Assembly: GCA_051294905.1 (NCBI GenBank) | Contig: CM119371.1 | Location: forward strand, 434,001-498,000 | Length of the DNA stretch: 64,000 bases | Direction of reading: 5' to 3' | Source: Botryllus schlosseri | Taxonomy: Eukaryota | Shown: piece after piece, positions 12,938 through 26,870 of the stretch | How the letters are laid out: each line of letters opens with the position of its first letter | Numbering within the stretch: position 1 is the first letter of the stretch | Notes under the pieces: model-generated | Database searches by the model: none | What the model was told of the DNA's origin: nothing | The model's input: the letters and a program-made list of their open reading frames with translations, nothing else | Made by a program: the position numbers and the translations under genes

Positions 12938-13619
12938 CTGTTTGTATGCATAACATGCCTGCATTGCATACATTGCATTCTCGGTAACGGTTTCCTCGGT
13001 ATTGACCGGACACCGGCCGGCGGGCCACATTATCAACCAAGACGGGAAATTGTCCGCGAGCCGGACAAAATCCCGCCTCGGGCCGGATCTAGCCCGCGGG
13101 CTGTATGCTGACCGCCTCTGAGCTAGCCCATCATATAGCTCTTTATGCAAAGCGAAGAGAGTAGAACCATACTTGAAATAGTTTACAGCATGTTGTTGAA
13201 TCACTCCTTCACATTATTATGCAATATTTGATAAAAATTGCAGTAAAAATTAGCTACGAAAAACAGAGGCCAAACAGCTGAAAACACCATAGCACCGGTA
13301 CACAGATTATGAGTATCTACAAAGCTGTCGGAGCAGTAAAAAAAGTTACAGCAGTTGCAAAAACTTCCTCTTATGATTAGCAATCGCATCTGCAATAGAC
13401 CTCGTGCTCGGGATGTCATGTCGCTGGCCTGAACTATCACGTTGCCAGTCCCGCAGACTTTGGCTGCTATCGACTATCGTTTGGAGACAATGCCGTTGAT
13501 TGCACACTGATTAGCGATCGTTATGTCATGATTGTTCAAGAGTGTCATCGCAAAACAGAACAACATATTGACATAACATACTAAACCACAGCTATTCGTG
13601 TGCTGTACTGCAAATGCAG

Positions 13620-13729
13620 GGTGCGTAACTGCGTACTATACATGGCTACAGGTGTTTTTCGCAAAATTTGCATGCCATTTTAAGGGTGCGTATTATACAT
13701 GGGGGCGTACTATATTCGAAAATTTACGG
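13620..13729. mobile_element. Tc1/mariner (Tc2/pogo-like) terminal fragment
   Basis: Ends gggtgcgtattatacatgggggcgtactatattcgaaaatttacgg|ta, a CCGTA-type terminus on a TA site. Confidence 0.6.
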
Positions 13730-13731
13730 TA

Positions 13732-15029
13732 GGGGAGAGTGGGTAGGTATGGGCCACCGTTTAGGTGTGGGCCACTGCCATATCCATCCATATCAGGTGA
13801 CTGTGACATCACATATGCTTGTCAAGCTCCGTGATTGTTAGAAAAAGGCTCCAGACTCACCCATGCTACTCACAGTCATGAGGCCAGCGGAGTTTTTGAC
13901 TCCGCTAGAGATATATAATTTTTGCGTTCTAAAGTAGATTAATTTGAAAATAGGGAATTTGGGTTTGAGTCCACATATGTGCATTTTGGAATTAGACATA
14001 TTTATGATGTGAAAGCTATAGAAATATGCTATCTATAAAGAATAGTTTTATTGGTTTGTCAATCTCTCGGATCTTGAAATTATGGTAAGAATCCCAAATA
14101 TGAAGTGTTTGAGGTATGGGCCTTTTTGAAGGTTGGGGTATGGGCCGACCCGTACCTCAACGGGCGGGGGTATGGGACAGCATAGCATATACCTGAAATC
14201 AATATTTGATTGATCCTATTTAATATATTTATCTCGAGAATACAGATGGTGATGGTCCTATCCCTCCCATATACAATCACTTGAAAGTAAATCGTGAAAC
14301 CCATAAAAAGTTGAGTTTTAAGAATCAGATCTGAGCTTGGCAGATCTGGTTTAAGCATGAGATGCATCAGAGAGAAGCATGCTGTCAGTACACAATTAGT
14401 AGAGCTACATTAAACAGGTATATGTAAAAACAGTGGATGAGTCTCACATGAACAAGATTTCAAAATCGTTTTCCGATACTGTCTTTAATGAAGAGGAGAA
14501 CAGTTTTTAAGCACAGTATGTCAATGTCATATATGTATTATGGTTTGTCACTCCCACTTAAATAAGAGATAGAGCTGTGACATTTGGATTTGATGGGGTA
14601 GTTGAGGCAGAAGAAGAATGACTTGATAGAATACATATTTTTAGTTATCTTGTCTCGTTATGCGTAATGACTTACGATCAATACGGGAATTGAAATGAAT
14701 AAATTGTCCACCTCCAGCCCAGCTTTATATCAGTATATTCAAACTGTTGGTAACTGTAACAAGAGTTGAGGTTTGCAGGAGATGAATAGCATTTATTGAT
14801 TCAATACAGTCAGCGGCCCATACCTCATAGCTCTTATCCTATTTTTTATTTACAAAAATGATGTATTGTTACTAAATGTGATGTCACTTCCAAATTCGTA
14901 AGTATTTCAGCTTAATTCTACCAGTAATAGTTAGCCATAAAACGAATAATCGTCTATACCTAAATATGGGAATATTAGACCGAGTTATAGCTTTGCAAGA
15001 TTTGGTGGCCCATACCTCCCACTTTCCCC
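13732..15029. mobile_element. Non-autonomous pogo/Tc-like DNA transposon
   Basis: TIR ggggagagtgggtaggtatgggccacc / ggtggcccatacctcccactttcccc, flanked by TA on both sides. Confidence 0.8.
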
Positions 15030-15944
15030 TACTCATTTACTGTGCATGCACTGTGCAGCACAAAAATGGAAATCAACTCTAAAATCAATTACGGCAAATG
15101 TATACAGCTCTGCCAACTCAAATGCGCTATCGAAAACGGCATTTCATCTTGGCGTTTTTATATTGGATATTTATACATGAATATTTTGGAGTTTCTGCAT
15201 TGTTAAGCTAGCAAAGTCCTGTTAAAACCACGTGGTTTTGATTGTTGGCTTTTTTTCGAAAGATATGCGATTTTGCTACATGCTACATACTATAGCAGTG
15301 TTTCTTAAGTTTGCCTTCAGCGCACCCAAAGGGCGTTCGGCATTTTGAAGTGAGTGGAGCGGGGAGGGGGCACTGGGCTCAGAGGGGCAGGATTAGGGCG
15401 CTGAAGAAAAAAATTGTCGCTGTAGAGAGTGCGGTATGGACATAGTAGAACAACTTGTCCTTGCCAATATATCTCTGAGCTCTTATTGCAAATTACCATT
15501 TGACAAAATTTGTCATATCTCAAATTTTTTTCAGGCCTTGTTTGCAGTGACATGTTTCCACGTATGCAGTGATTTATAATAATTCATGTTAAAATGCAAC
15601 GATCACGCTACCTCTGGTTTATTTCAACGAAGTGTTTCGAGCTAGGTATTTGATCGCGCAACGAATATCGTGTCGAAATCGAAGAAAGAGGCACTGTACT
15701 ACTTTTAAAAGTGATAGTGAGAGCCGGAGCCATTTGTGTATTATAGATGACTAAATGATTTAATAAATATATTTGTATTTGATAGCTAAAAATTAAATCT
15801 TCAGAATATTTCTCCATCCTATATAATAAAGGAAGATACTGTTTAGTGTTGTGACCTGCAACCTTGCATGAAGTTTTTATAATATGGGTAGCTTTGGTTG
15901 GCATACGTTTATGTTGAAGTTAATGGACCAGATAGTATCATGAG

Positions 15945-16525
15945 CATAATGTCCTATATGGTGTGCACACAGCGGAAGTAAACCTGATTGATTTTGGTTA
16001 CGTCATACTTTCCATTTGACCATAGGATTCTTTACGGCCATTTTTACCGGGTTGACAAGCACCAAATTCTATAAAAAGGGAATCAATGGAAAGCTATTGC
16101 GATACTGATTACGAAAATATAAGTATGATTCTGTTCATGGTCCAAGAACCCCCATAATTAGTCAAGAAATTGGCATTGTTCTCGAGTTTTGTCATTGTGA
16201 CGCAACAAAACTGTCTGTCTCTTTCTTCCCAGCTTTACTCTTATTTTGCCAGACAGGATTGTTGCTTCACAATGCAAAAACTCGATCACATTGCAAATTA
16301 CTAGCCTGATTTTGCGGGGTTCCAGGACCATGAACCGAATAAAACCTTTATTTTTCGCAATCAATACAGCAGCAGCTTTCCATTGATGTCCGATTTAACG
16401 AATTATGTGTGCGGCAAGCCGGTTGAAATAGGTCGTAAGTTGCCTTTGGTCAAATACAAAGTACGACGTGACCCAAATGCAGTGCAGCAGACAAACTAGA
16501 TTTGATCTCGAATATAGCACATTTG
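15945..16525. mobile_element. Old internally deleted relative of the P/Galileo-like element at 43442
   Basis: Starts cataatgtcctatatggtgt (compare catagtgtcctatatggtgt at 43442). Diverged inverted arms at ~15990-16160 and ~16300-16480. Confidence 0.6.
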
Positions 16526-18273
16526 CACAATTGTCATAGCGTTAATTACCCAGCAAACACGAGATATATTTCGGACATGTTCGGATATCTTTTTGTTATC
16601 CTAATTATCTCAAAATTGTGTTTGTGCATATCTTGTCCGGAAACGTATCTTGAGTACATATTTTTCTTATCCATCAAATTTCGTCAAAATGCCGAAAATA
16701 CATTTGTGAGGAATCAAATTCGATTATTGTTTCATTTTATGGTATAATTTATCTATACTATCAATTTTATTGATGTCTTACTCTTATGGGGTGATATGTC
16801 ACCATAATTGCCACTATCGAATCATAGCAATTTACATCGTTGTAAGTTCCCAGCAAACACAGAACCGTAAAAAAACCTTGCGGGATGGTTTCGAATGGTT
16901 ATTTTAGGGTTTCGATTTTTATGTTTCAGAGGTATGTTTAAAATACGTAGGAAAAATGATCTTGAGGATCAAATTATTCTGTATGAATTCCAATTTGGTG
17001 GTAAGTATTCTGATGTGGGAAGCTATTTGGAACCTGTAGATACCGTTGCGTTTTGATAGAGTGCTGCCATCAGTATAAATTCGTGTTACTTGGTCGAAAA
17101 CCTTATTTTCTGATTTACCGTCATCATTATATACAGCCTATATACATTGTCTCGTGAGTCTCGTCTGTTTCGCTAGCTGAGCATGAATTCCAGTTTTATT
17201 CCGAGTAAATATAACTAAATAAGTCGAATGGGTGCACTTAACTGTACGTGGTTATCCGAGCGTGACTTCTAGATTATTCTGGAAATTTGAACCGCGCTTC
17301 GCTCGCGGGATGACTGTTTCGGAATGTGGTTGTAGTTGTGTATGTTAAATTCTGGAAGCTGGAATTGCGACTGGTACCGGATGTGGGTAAAAACTAGGTG
17401 TACGGTACATAGTTGAGCGAGTAATATGCTATTTTGAAGGAATACCCTGTAGTTTATGACTCCGAGAGCTGTTTGACTTGCTGCAAACAGTTCGAAAATT
17501 ACGTCTATTTCGGTGGCTGTAATAATAATAATACAAGCATTTTCAGCTATTTATAACATTATATTGTAGCATGTTATCAGGGACAATCACCGTACCGGAC
17601 TGCATACTATATGGGTTGCTCAATGGCTTGGTCGTCTGCAGTTATCCACGTAAGTTTCTAAAATTATGCTTATATGAGTCATTTTCGTATCATATTATGA
17701 TAACATACCGTAACATGTAGGAGATTATATGACACGGCCTACTAGGTATAATCTTAGCGCTGGCGACCAGCTGTACCAACTACTTTTTCACTGATTCATA
17801 AAATACTAATTAAAATCTCGTCCGGGCACTGAAACCCCCTAAAATCTCCCACAAAGTTGGAAATTTTCATTTTACTGAACAATAGCGGCGCCCGAGCTGA
17901 ATGCCGATTAACATTTGGTACGCACGGTACCGATTGTGACGCCATGCCATTGAGCGTCTCGGCGAAGTCAAGCCGTGCTCCCGGTGAGGCCGTGACCCTC
18001 TGAGTAGGTTGCTAGAGATTGATGTGATGCCAATATACGTCCTATTCGAGTAGTTTTAGTATTTCGCGTCGTAGCGCATTTACAAATTTGAGAATACAAA
18101 TGATAGCACTGAAGCCAACGCATATTGTAGAATTTACTATCAACATCAACGTGTACTTATTTGAAGCTAGCTGGCCAATTTACAAAACAATTATATAGTT
18201 CCATTCGGGTCTTGATGGTTCCTAAATTTTATTTGAATTGGCAATATTAGAACGTAGTTTTAGGTGTTGCAAC

Positions 18274-18446
18274 CAATGTTCCCTGTAAGCTGCTCAAGTG
18301 TGCAATTGCGACATGCTGACACCGTATCTGGGCACAGAAAATTTGAGCTGCGCACAAAACATCAAAGTGATGACCTTTTTTAGTCGCTACGCACTGTTGT
18401 CCAAGTTGAGTGCGTGCAGACTCTTGAAAAATTGGAGGGAACATTG
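18274..18446. mobile_element. hAT MITE
   Basis: caatgttccct...agggaacattg TIRs; TSD gttgcaac/gttgcagc. A related left end occurs near 55137. Confidence 0.8.
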
Positions 18447-21400
18447 GTTGCAGCTACTTTGAGTTGGTTGCATCGCATCAATCACTGTAAACGCGAATAC
18501 GTCCTAAAATGCAAGTAGCCTACTTTCATATTTTTGTTATAATATTGTCAGTTCCGATGAAATTTATGACCCACAAAGAGCCGAATGGATTCATCTGCTA
18601 CGTGCAAGGAAGTACGCATCTATATCGAATTCCGCAGTGATATGCGTAGGTAGGCTGCATTTGTATAATCAAAATTCGTGGATGCGCGATGATGCGAAAT
18701 GCAAAAACTACTCGACGTATTCGGGTCACATTGAATTATATGTCGCAAAATACTCTGACAATCATGGGGAACACAGCTCGACTTTGCCGAGACGCTTGTT
18801 GGCGTCACAGTCGAAAAGAGACTTTATTCGACTATTGTCTACGGGCGATACAATTGTTAGAAACAATGTAGATTTGGACATTGAGGGTTATTTTCGGGGG
18901 GTTCCAGTGGCCGGACCAAATTTTAATTTATATTTTCGAAATCAATGTGACAGTAGCTTTCGATTGAGACCGGTTAAACAAAATTTTGAGGTCGAGTTGC
19001 CAGCGCTACGATTACCACCTACTGCTTTCGATTTCAGAAACAGCAGCACTGATTTTTTTCAGGAGAGCAAGCAGATGCGTAAGAGCTGGCAAAATTGGTA
19101 AACTTCTTGACCGGAAAGTGAATTAAACTGTTCTACAAAAAGATTGTACCGCAGGTATGAGGCTGAATATTTCTAATACTTCTGAGACTTATGGCTAGCA
19201 AAACATGATATACAATTGCAGTTTAAAGTTCATCCAACGCAGAAGCAACTTCCCACTTGGCAGACCGGACTGTCACAATATCACACTGAGACGATCGCAA
19301 AAGTGGATTATTCCCTCAGTATGTCTAGAATTTTTAACCAGACTGACTTTGATAATTATAATGATATCAAAAACTCAATCTCAAACCAAGTATCAATGTT
19401 TGATTCGTGGATGTGAAGCAATAACTGCAACTGCTGTACCCAGAATCCCTCAATAGGGTTCTTTAGAGTAATGAGGTATCTTCAGTAACTTGAGACTATA
19501 TTTTCATGCTTTGCGGGGATAGTTATGTGCACTAGATTCATTTTAATATTCTGAAAACAATGTGGGGGTCGAATATCCGCATTTTAGTTTCATGACCAAA
19601 AGTATTTAAGAACCCCTGTAGATACGATACCGCCATATTGTATATTTTGACTCGCGTCAAGTCAGGTTAATCGATTTTCGAAGGTGACTCGAGTCAAATC
19701 ACTCGATTTTTGTATGTGACTCGAGTTGAGTCAAAATTCAAGTCAAGGTGCCTTTTCGTCGTATGAGGCATGATTATGTCATTGCATTTTGCTAGCTGTC
19801 TGAAACAGATTGAGCGGTAATTGACTCTGAGCCAATGAACGAATATAGAGTTAAATATACGCGCAAGAAGACGCTGTATCGCTCACATATACGCAGAACT
19901 GTTAAACTGCGTAAGTAATTGCACAGCCTCAGTTTATAGAACTTCTAGAACTGGTAACTTTACCAGCCAAAATAGAGAATAGAGAAATAAATTGATAAGA
20001 TGCAATACATTACCTTTTTACAAACAGATATGATACACCATGCGTTAGTACAACGACGAAGCCGTTTCTGCTAGTGCGGAATAGTGTTGTTGCACACAGG
20101 CGAATAGCTGATTTTGAAAAAAAAACAATAATTTGAAACTGACATCAATTTCAGCATTCAACCGTCAGCCACGTGTTGCACATCTATCCGTAGATTAGTT
20201 ATCAATACCTATATCTATAGCTACTGTTCGGTCAACTGGTTATACAGCACATTGCATTGAAATAGCAGTGACGTAACGTTAGCAGTCTTCTCACAACTTT
20301 TCTGCAATCCTAGTTAAAACTCCAGACTCAAAGCAAGAGGCTTGGATGCATGATTATGCATTTTTCTTTTACTTCTAATCCAATTCCTGGTTTTCCTGTA
20401 AAGGCGACTGTAGGCCTATTGTGTGAAACAAGCCAAGCTTGCTGTACGGTACAGACATTTGCTATTCTCATGTCCTTAATAAGAATGGACCATGATTTGG
20501 AACTTGATGCGATGTCCGAGTTTTCTCGAATTTAGTCATTTTAATCTAATTTGTATACAAACTGAAGCTATAATTCTAATTTAAATCTAATTTGCTGACA
20601 ACTGCTGTGTTGCTATAATCCTTATTCTACTCTGATTCGGAAATATATCTAACTGTAATTCCAATCTAATCAGGAAAAGCTAAAATATTTCTAATTGTCC
20701 AAGTCTTTTTGTGAAGTCCTTGTCGGGTATGATCGTTGCACTTGTATAATTCTGTTTGTATATTATGATTTCAGATAGCTGGATTCAGCTCAGTTGGAGG
20801 CGACACAATTGGCCAATCTGTCAGATCCATCATGAAAAAGGTCGCTACTACCCGTGTGTGGAGCAGTTACAGCCGTGTTGGAAAATCTGGGAAGGAGGCT
20901 TTTAACAAGCTCGCGTTGTACAAGATCATATATGGTGAGCAACATTTATGTTTACCTTCGAACCTATCTATATGTGTTCAGTAGCCTACCTTACACCCCA
21001 TGTAAATGTTGAGCTAGCTCAGTGGTTCTCGAACTTTTTTGACAAGCTACCTTGACAATAGCTAAAATTTTCGCCACCACCCCTTTATCGTCATATCAAA
21101 AATATTAAAACGAACAGCCAGAATATTAGCGACCCCAACACATTGTTTGGCGGCATGCAGGGCATTTTGGCTACACTATGTTACCAGCCTGAACTATCGC
21201 GTCTCCAGCAGGAGTGTCATGTGTGCGCAGCGTGTGCGAATGTTAGCCTGACCGCGAACTTTAGGCTGTTGATGACTAAAATATCAGTTCCGACATGTTG
21301 GCGTAGCCAGGAGCCATATTTGTATATGACCATAAAGTAGAATATCTCGTAAAGGATTTATTTGTCTTGATATTTTTTTAGCGCTGCGCTCGATTTATTG

Positions 21401-21483
21401 CCAATCGATTTCTTGCTTTTAATATTGGTGTCTCCTCCTGAAACGTCTTATTTACGGAATTGATATTAGCTATATTGGCAATT

Positions 21484-22377
21484 ATGCGAGAACATGTCGT
21501 CCGACATACGACTTCGCGTCTGCACTCGCGAAAAGATCGTCGGCGATGAAACCTTTGCACAAAGTGATAGACGCACTTTCACGGAACTCTTCGATATTGA
21601 TGCGTCCAAGCGTTGATTAATCATGTCCTGGCCAAATGAGCCCAGCAGTTTACAGCGTCGACCCACAATATATGCAACTAACAATGTTTTATTGACCTAA
21701 TTCTTTCATTAACTTTAATAATATTTTCGCGCTTTGCGCGACTAGGACATGTTTTCATGACATAATTGTTAACGATTTTGATGTGTGGTAACATGAGTCC
21801 TTTTTTACCGTTACCTATAATCCGGTTCGTTCCTATCGAACGACTAAAAAAGCACATCAACATTCAAGTGGCCCACGCAATGGTTTGGAAATCTCATGTG
21901 GCCCGTTGGCCGAAAAGGTTGGCCACCCCTGATGTACGGTATCAATAAATTTTTGTCAATCATTATTCAATCGATTAACCAATTCAGTGTCATGGTTCAG
22001 TTATTCAAATGTAATACGATGTAGTGTTATTCAACAGAATGTTATGTAATTTAACGTTGCAAGTCTATTATGGTTAGTGCAGGGGTGGCCAATCGTTTTC
22101 AAAAGTCTATTATGGTTTGTGCAGGGGTGGCCAACCTTTTCAAATTTTTTCAAAGTTCACGAAACAATTAGGTCAATGAAATAATGTTAGTTGCATATAT
22201 TGTGGGCCGTCGCTGTATACCGCTGGGCTTATGAGACCAGGACATGATTAATCAACGCTTGGACATATCAATATCGAAGAGTTCAGTGAAAGCGCGTCTA
22301 TCACTTAGTGCAAAGGTTTCATCGCTGACGATCTCTTCGCGAGTGCAGGCGCGATGTCGGACGACACGTTCTCGCAT
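21484..22377. repeat. Two oppositely oriented copies of one hAT-Charlie-like MITE forming an inverted repeat
   Basis: 21484-21701 is the reverse complement of ~22167-22377. caggggtggcca termini at ~21931 (minus) and 22080/22122 (plus). Confidence 0.8.
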
Positions 22378-23881
22378 TCCATTTTGCTGGGTAAAAGACG
22401 GATTAATCGGTCATTTATCTTCAATCAAATAATATAAAGTTGAATATAAATACAAAAGGCGTTTTATCACTCACACGTAGAACTGCTAATAGCATATGTG
22501 AGTAACTGTATAGCTACATGCTACGTTCTATTATCAGCCGAAATAGAGGATCGAATACGAAGCCTCGAGAAGTTGCAATAAATTGATAAGGGACAATATA
22601 CTACCCTTCCGTGAGAATAGGGACGCATAGACAATATTCGTTCGATTTAAATTATACAGGAGAGTTGGTAAAAGATAGCACCGCGCAATTTAACCACTGT
22701 GCTGTCTGAGAAACAAAGATACCTTGCTAACAGAATAAACTACTACTACTACGACAACGCAAGCATAAGCTGTGACCGTTTCGTTTGCGGTCAATTAAAT
22801 TATGATGTAACAACAGGATCAGTGAATAGTGCGATCAGTGAATGGCTGTTTGCTCTCACAAGTGATACCGGCATATCGCAAAAAATCCGAACGTACATAA
22901 GATATAGGGTGATTTAATTGACACCGTTTACTTGATTACTTGAAATTGACTCGTGAATTTTACTCCGAGTCACGAGTCAATCCATATATCTCGAGCGCCG
23001 AGTCGAGTCAAGCCATTTTTGCAAAGTGACTCGAGTCATCCGAACACTGCGTAGTACTAAGAGCTATCTAAACAGGATCGAGCATGTCTTTAACATCCAA
23101 TGTTGTTGTTTCTCTGTAGGGTTCTATGGGGAAAAAGGCAGAAAGCAGCGTCTTATCCTCGTCATCAGAAGATGAAGAAGACACATAATCAGTTGGCTTG
23201 ATTATTTTTTCATTCGCTTCTTTGACATCGTTTCGTTCTGAATTATTTTCTTTGAGTTTCGTTGACACTGTTTTCTGTATGAATTATAAGTTCATCAAAG
23301 GCAATGTGTACTGTGATACGTGTATGTGTCCGCAGCCACCCTCAGGTATGCCTAAATATGGGAATACAGGGATGTTAGTATCTCAGGATGTTTTTCTGAC
23401 CATCGATTGTACGTTCTAAAGCATTGTAGATACACAGTTTTATCTACGTTTTATTAACGATCCCGATTTGCGTGAAGAACGCGTTAAAACGCGTCGACAC
23501 AAAAACCGTCTTAAAACTATCCTGCTAGTCTTTAATATGAACCAAATAAAAACGTTTTTTTAACCTCAATGGGCTGTTTCGTGTTTGCTGGGTTGCTATG
23601 ATCGAATGTTTTTCCTTTTGTCACACGCCGCTTTCGCGTGATTTTGCAGATATTTTGATTCTTGGCCATCCCAAATTTTGGAATCCGAATCCAGGCGGAA
23701 AGTCTTATGAATTCTGGGTAGCCCGAAAAACTGCTGCCAAAATAATGCTTTACTATTTGATAGTTCAATAGAAAAATCCTGCTACAATCCGACTGTCAAA
23801 GCAAATTCAGAATCCGGATCTACTCCGGCTACGCTGAAAACCATCCGGCTGCGCATCCGTACTCCGTAGTGTAGCCGTCTA

Positions 23882-23967
23882 GCCGTCGTAGCCGAGTGAC
23901 TCAATGGCTTGAGGCCCTTTCTCCCCACGCGAACACCCGTTTCGGCGCGCAGGTTTCAAACCGCCAG
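23882..23967 (+). other. Degenerate tRNA-Ser-like sequence (SINE head or tRNA pseudogene)
   Basis: gtcgtagccgagtg and gcgcgcaggtttcaaacc resemble the D-arm and T-arm ends of tRNA-Ser; the cloverleaf is not intact. Confidence 0.4.
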
Positions 23968-24384
23968 ACAAAAGACAGAAGCGCTCTGATAATGGCGGCT
24001 TGCAGTGCAGATGTCGTTTTGGTTTTAGTAGCGTTCAGGGAAATCGCAGTTAATCGAGGCTAATCCAAGCATGTTTCTATATAAGAATACCGAAAACTTC
24101 ACTGTGCAAGGTAATTTATATATGCTTCTTATATAATCATAGTGAAGGACTTGAGGTAATACGATATAACTTCATAGAACTAGTCTTTCTGGTAATGTGA
24201 TGTCCACATCATAACTGGGCGGCTATGTCTGAATATAATTCTGTGATTCATTTCAGATCAACTAATAAACTATAGAACTCGTGCGGCTAATCATGAGCAC
24301 ATTTTCTGGATATTAACTTACTCAAACCTAACTTTAAGGATTTGCTGTAAATGAATATAGGTGGGTATTAGTCGATCAATAAAT

Positions 24385-26770
24385 CGAGCAATCATTTGCT
24401 GTCGTGCTTTTTGTTGAACAAGAACAACCGGTTGCTGTTGCTGTAATACATAAAAGCTGGAAAACCGATGTAGAAGTGATCTCATTGATTCCTAGCTTAT
24501 ATCTTATGAATTGTGAATTGTGCGAAATTGTTTGTATCTATAATAGAATTGCATGGCTGGTGGTTGCGTAAGAATGCAAATAGCACGGTAAGGCCAAGAA
24601 CAAAAAGCAACCATAATATGATAATCGCAATTGGTCTCTGTATAAAAGATACAGATGAAATGCTCATCCAGTAAGTTATAGACTCAGAATTAGCGTACTG
24701 TTTTCCAAGTGGGCCTACCTTGCCATCTACTTTATCCATCTGTTTCAGATGTATGGAACGTAGCTTTTAGTGATATAATAAAAGTTGCGGAGAGTAGTGG
24801 CTTGCCCATGTCTCTGTCATAGTCTGGACTGAAAATGAAGCGCAGCGGCCAAAACGAAAACGTCAGCGGAACAAACAATTTTTGAATAGTTCGGCGTCAA
24901 CTGATGGTCAAGGTATACCCTTTTATTCTGTGCAATATGGTATATATATATGTAAAACGTTTATAATTTGTAGATGATGTTTTTCCTGCAAGGAAGAAAC
25001 GTAATCCAAGTATTCAGATACAAGACATGCCAATTTCAAGAATGCGGTCATCTTATGATTCTGGCAAGCAGGAGTGATATCAATGATGCTCCATGCTCGC
25101 AATGCAAGATTGCCATCATTAGCGAAAAGAGTGTTCAAGAATGGCATAATCCCATCATTGAATGTAACGGCCAGAGATCTAAGTCCTGCAGTAAGTTCCT
25201 AGCACTTTGATGCGTTCTCGAATTTGAGAATAAAGTCTCGCTGTTTTTCAGATGCTCCTTCATTTGAAATCATCGCTGAACTACAAAATTTTGACCATCA
25301 ACAACGCGGCCTGTCATAAAGTAATGGTAAGTTTATCACATAGGAAGATCAATCCAACTTCCTTGTAATCGAATCCTTTTTAGCTTGTGCATCAAAGACA
25401 TAAAGTTGCAGAAAAACCAGATGATGGATTTCCTCAGACATCATCTGGACAATTACTCCAAAAGACCTCAATCGAGTGCCCCAATTTTGCTGAAATATAT
25501 AATTGAAGATCCCTGTGAAACCTTGTTACAGCTGGAACACCTTTGAACAAAGGCAAAGTCAGAACTGGTATGTTTTTGTTTCTCATTCGAACAAAGCGAT
25601 TGACAGTCTAAATCAGGGGTGTCCGCTGACACCAAGGAATCATTTTCAGACACAGCAGGGGTCCTTTTCGAAATTAGTTCTATTATCCAAAATTGAATTG
25701 CCAATGTGATTTATTGCGAAATCGCAAAGTCAACCAAGCCTTTGATGAGCGTAACCATGAAATTTATGGTGTGGATGGTTTTATCTAGAATGCCCCGGGG
25801 GAAGCGAGTGGCGCAGTTGGTTAAGCACCAGCGTCACGACACCAATGGCAGTGGTTCGAATCCCGGTTCGGACCAACTTCTATGTGTCGGAGGTTTCTCT
25901 GGGCTCCTCATCGCCGACCTCACTGCAGTTGCAGTGCATTGAAAAAGCCCAAATGGAAAGTGAGCCGTGCTAGAAGTCGGCAGCAAAGACAACGATGGGG
26001 ACGCATGGGAGCGAGAAAGACCGTCTGAGTGAGAGAAAGAGTGAAAGTCGTCCTCAACAATACGAAAGGCAAAGAATTATGAACTTTACAAATATTCGTG
26101 TCGTGGCGCACAAAGTCTGAAAAAGGCGATAAGCGCCACTGTAAATGTGCCATTCATAATAATAATAATAATAATAATCTAGAATGCCCATAAATGTCAT
26201 TGTTGATTCAGGTGCAAACCATTAATGCAAGGCAGTAGCATCTGTATTGTGTACCACTAATATAATGTTGTTACAGGTAGCCGCTTTAATGGGATTCCGG
26301 GGTGTACAATTGCCGGAAACTGTCGAAAATATGATGACCAGCACAGCTGTAAAGAAAGTATGGAAATCCTAGTCTTAAGGTTCAAAAAAGCAAGAGTGAC
26401 ACTTCAAAAGACTGCTAGACGTAAGTTATCAACGGTTATTGACGGAAATTGAACGTAATCAACGTAAAAAAAAGTTGAGCCAAAGCCTCGATTTTTCAAC
26501 ATTTTAATCGTTTGACGTCATATGTCGTCACTGATGTGCAAAGTTATCTACTGTAGTACTCTAGTTGTTGACGAGTTTTGTTCGTTGTCTGATGGCTGAT
26601 GTATAATATACCATGACTGTGACTGGACAGTGGATATCTTCATCTAATTATATCTCTTTTTAGAAGCATGCAGATCGGCTCATCCTGACCTCGAGATCCC
26701 AGATAAAAGAACTAAAGATCAGGTTGCAAGATCTCTAACTGTTGCTGGATCTTGCAAGGTAATTTTGTTA
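24385..26770 (+). pseudogene. DUF4806-family transposon accessory gene remnant (E2)
   Basis: N-terminal motif FAVVLFVEQEQPVAVAVIHKSW and a basic stretch RPKRKRQRNKQFLNSS, separated by short GT-AG introns. Last exon from 26664 reads ACRSAHPDLEIPDKRTKDQVARSL. Multiple stops and frameshifts. Confidence 0.65.
25796..26176 (+). mobile_element. Full-length tRNA-derived SINE
   Basis: A box tggcgcagttgg (25809-25820), B box ggttcgaatcc (25853-25863), (AAT)n tail, and a perfect 13-bp TSD atctagaatgccc (25783-25795 and 26177-26189). Confidence 0.92.
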
Positions 26771-26870
26771 TTAAGTTTGATGATTGTATGGTGTGACAGT
26801 TGTGTCTTTTATGATATGAGTGGACTGTAAGTGAATTGTTCTTACCGCTCATCTTCAGAACATTGTATAT

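Larger units (their letters stand above)
17570..22860 (+). pseudogene. DUF4806-family transposon accessory gene remnant (E1)
   Basis: Clean exon 20775-20934 encodes IAGFSSVGGDTIGQSVRSIMKKVATTRVWSSYSRVGKSGKEAFNKLALYKIIY. The upstream exon ends FNQTDFDNYNDIKNSISNQ|gt. C-terminal-like text VTTGSVNSAISEWL at ~22806-22850. Outer limits are approximate. Confidence 0.7.
16849..23592. mobile_element. EnSpm/CACTA-like element E1 nested in E2
   Basis: tt|cccagcaaacac ... gtgtttgctggg|tt (2-bp TSD). Carries a DUF4806-like gene on + and an acidic ORF fragment (23068-23268) on -. Confidence 0.7.

Noticed and set aside
18555..18650. THAP-like text DPQRAEWIHLLRARK..VIC
   Set aside because: No CxxxC start or HF motif is present. 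Its position fits an exon of the DUF4806-family gene better.
24497..24739. Minus-strand ORF with a hydrophobic stretch as a membrane protein
   Set aside because: It is antisense to the A-rich exons of the plus-strand DUF4806-family remnant.
25796..25875. Functional tRNA gene
   Set aside because: It has A and B boxes but no proper acceptor stem, and it continues into a body, an (AAT)n tail and a TSD, so it is a SINE.
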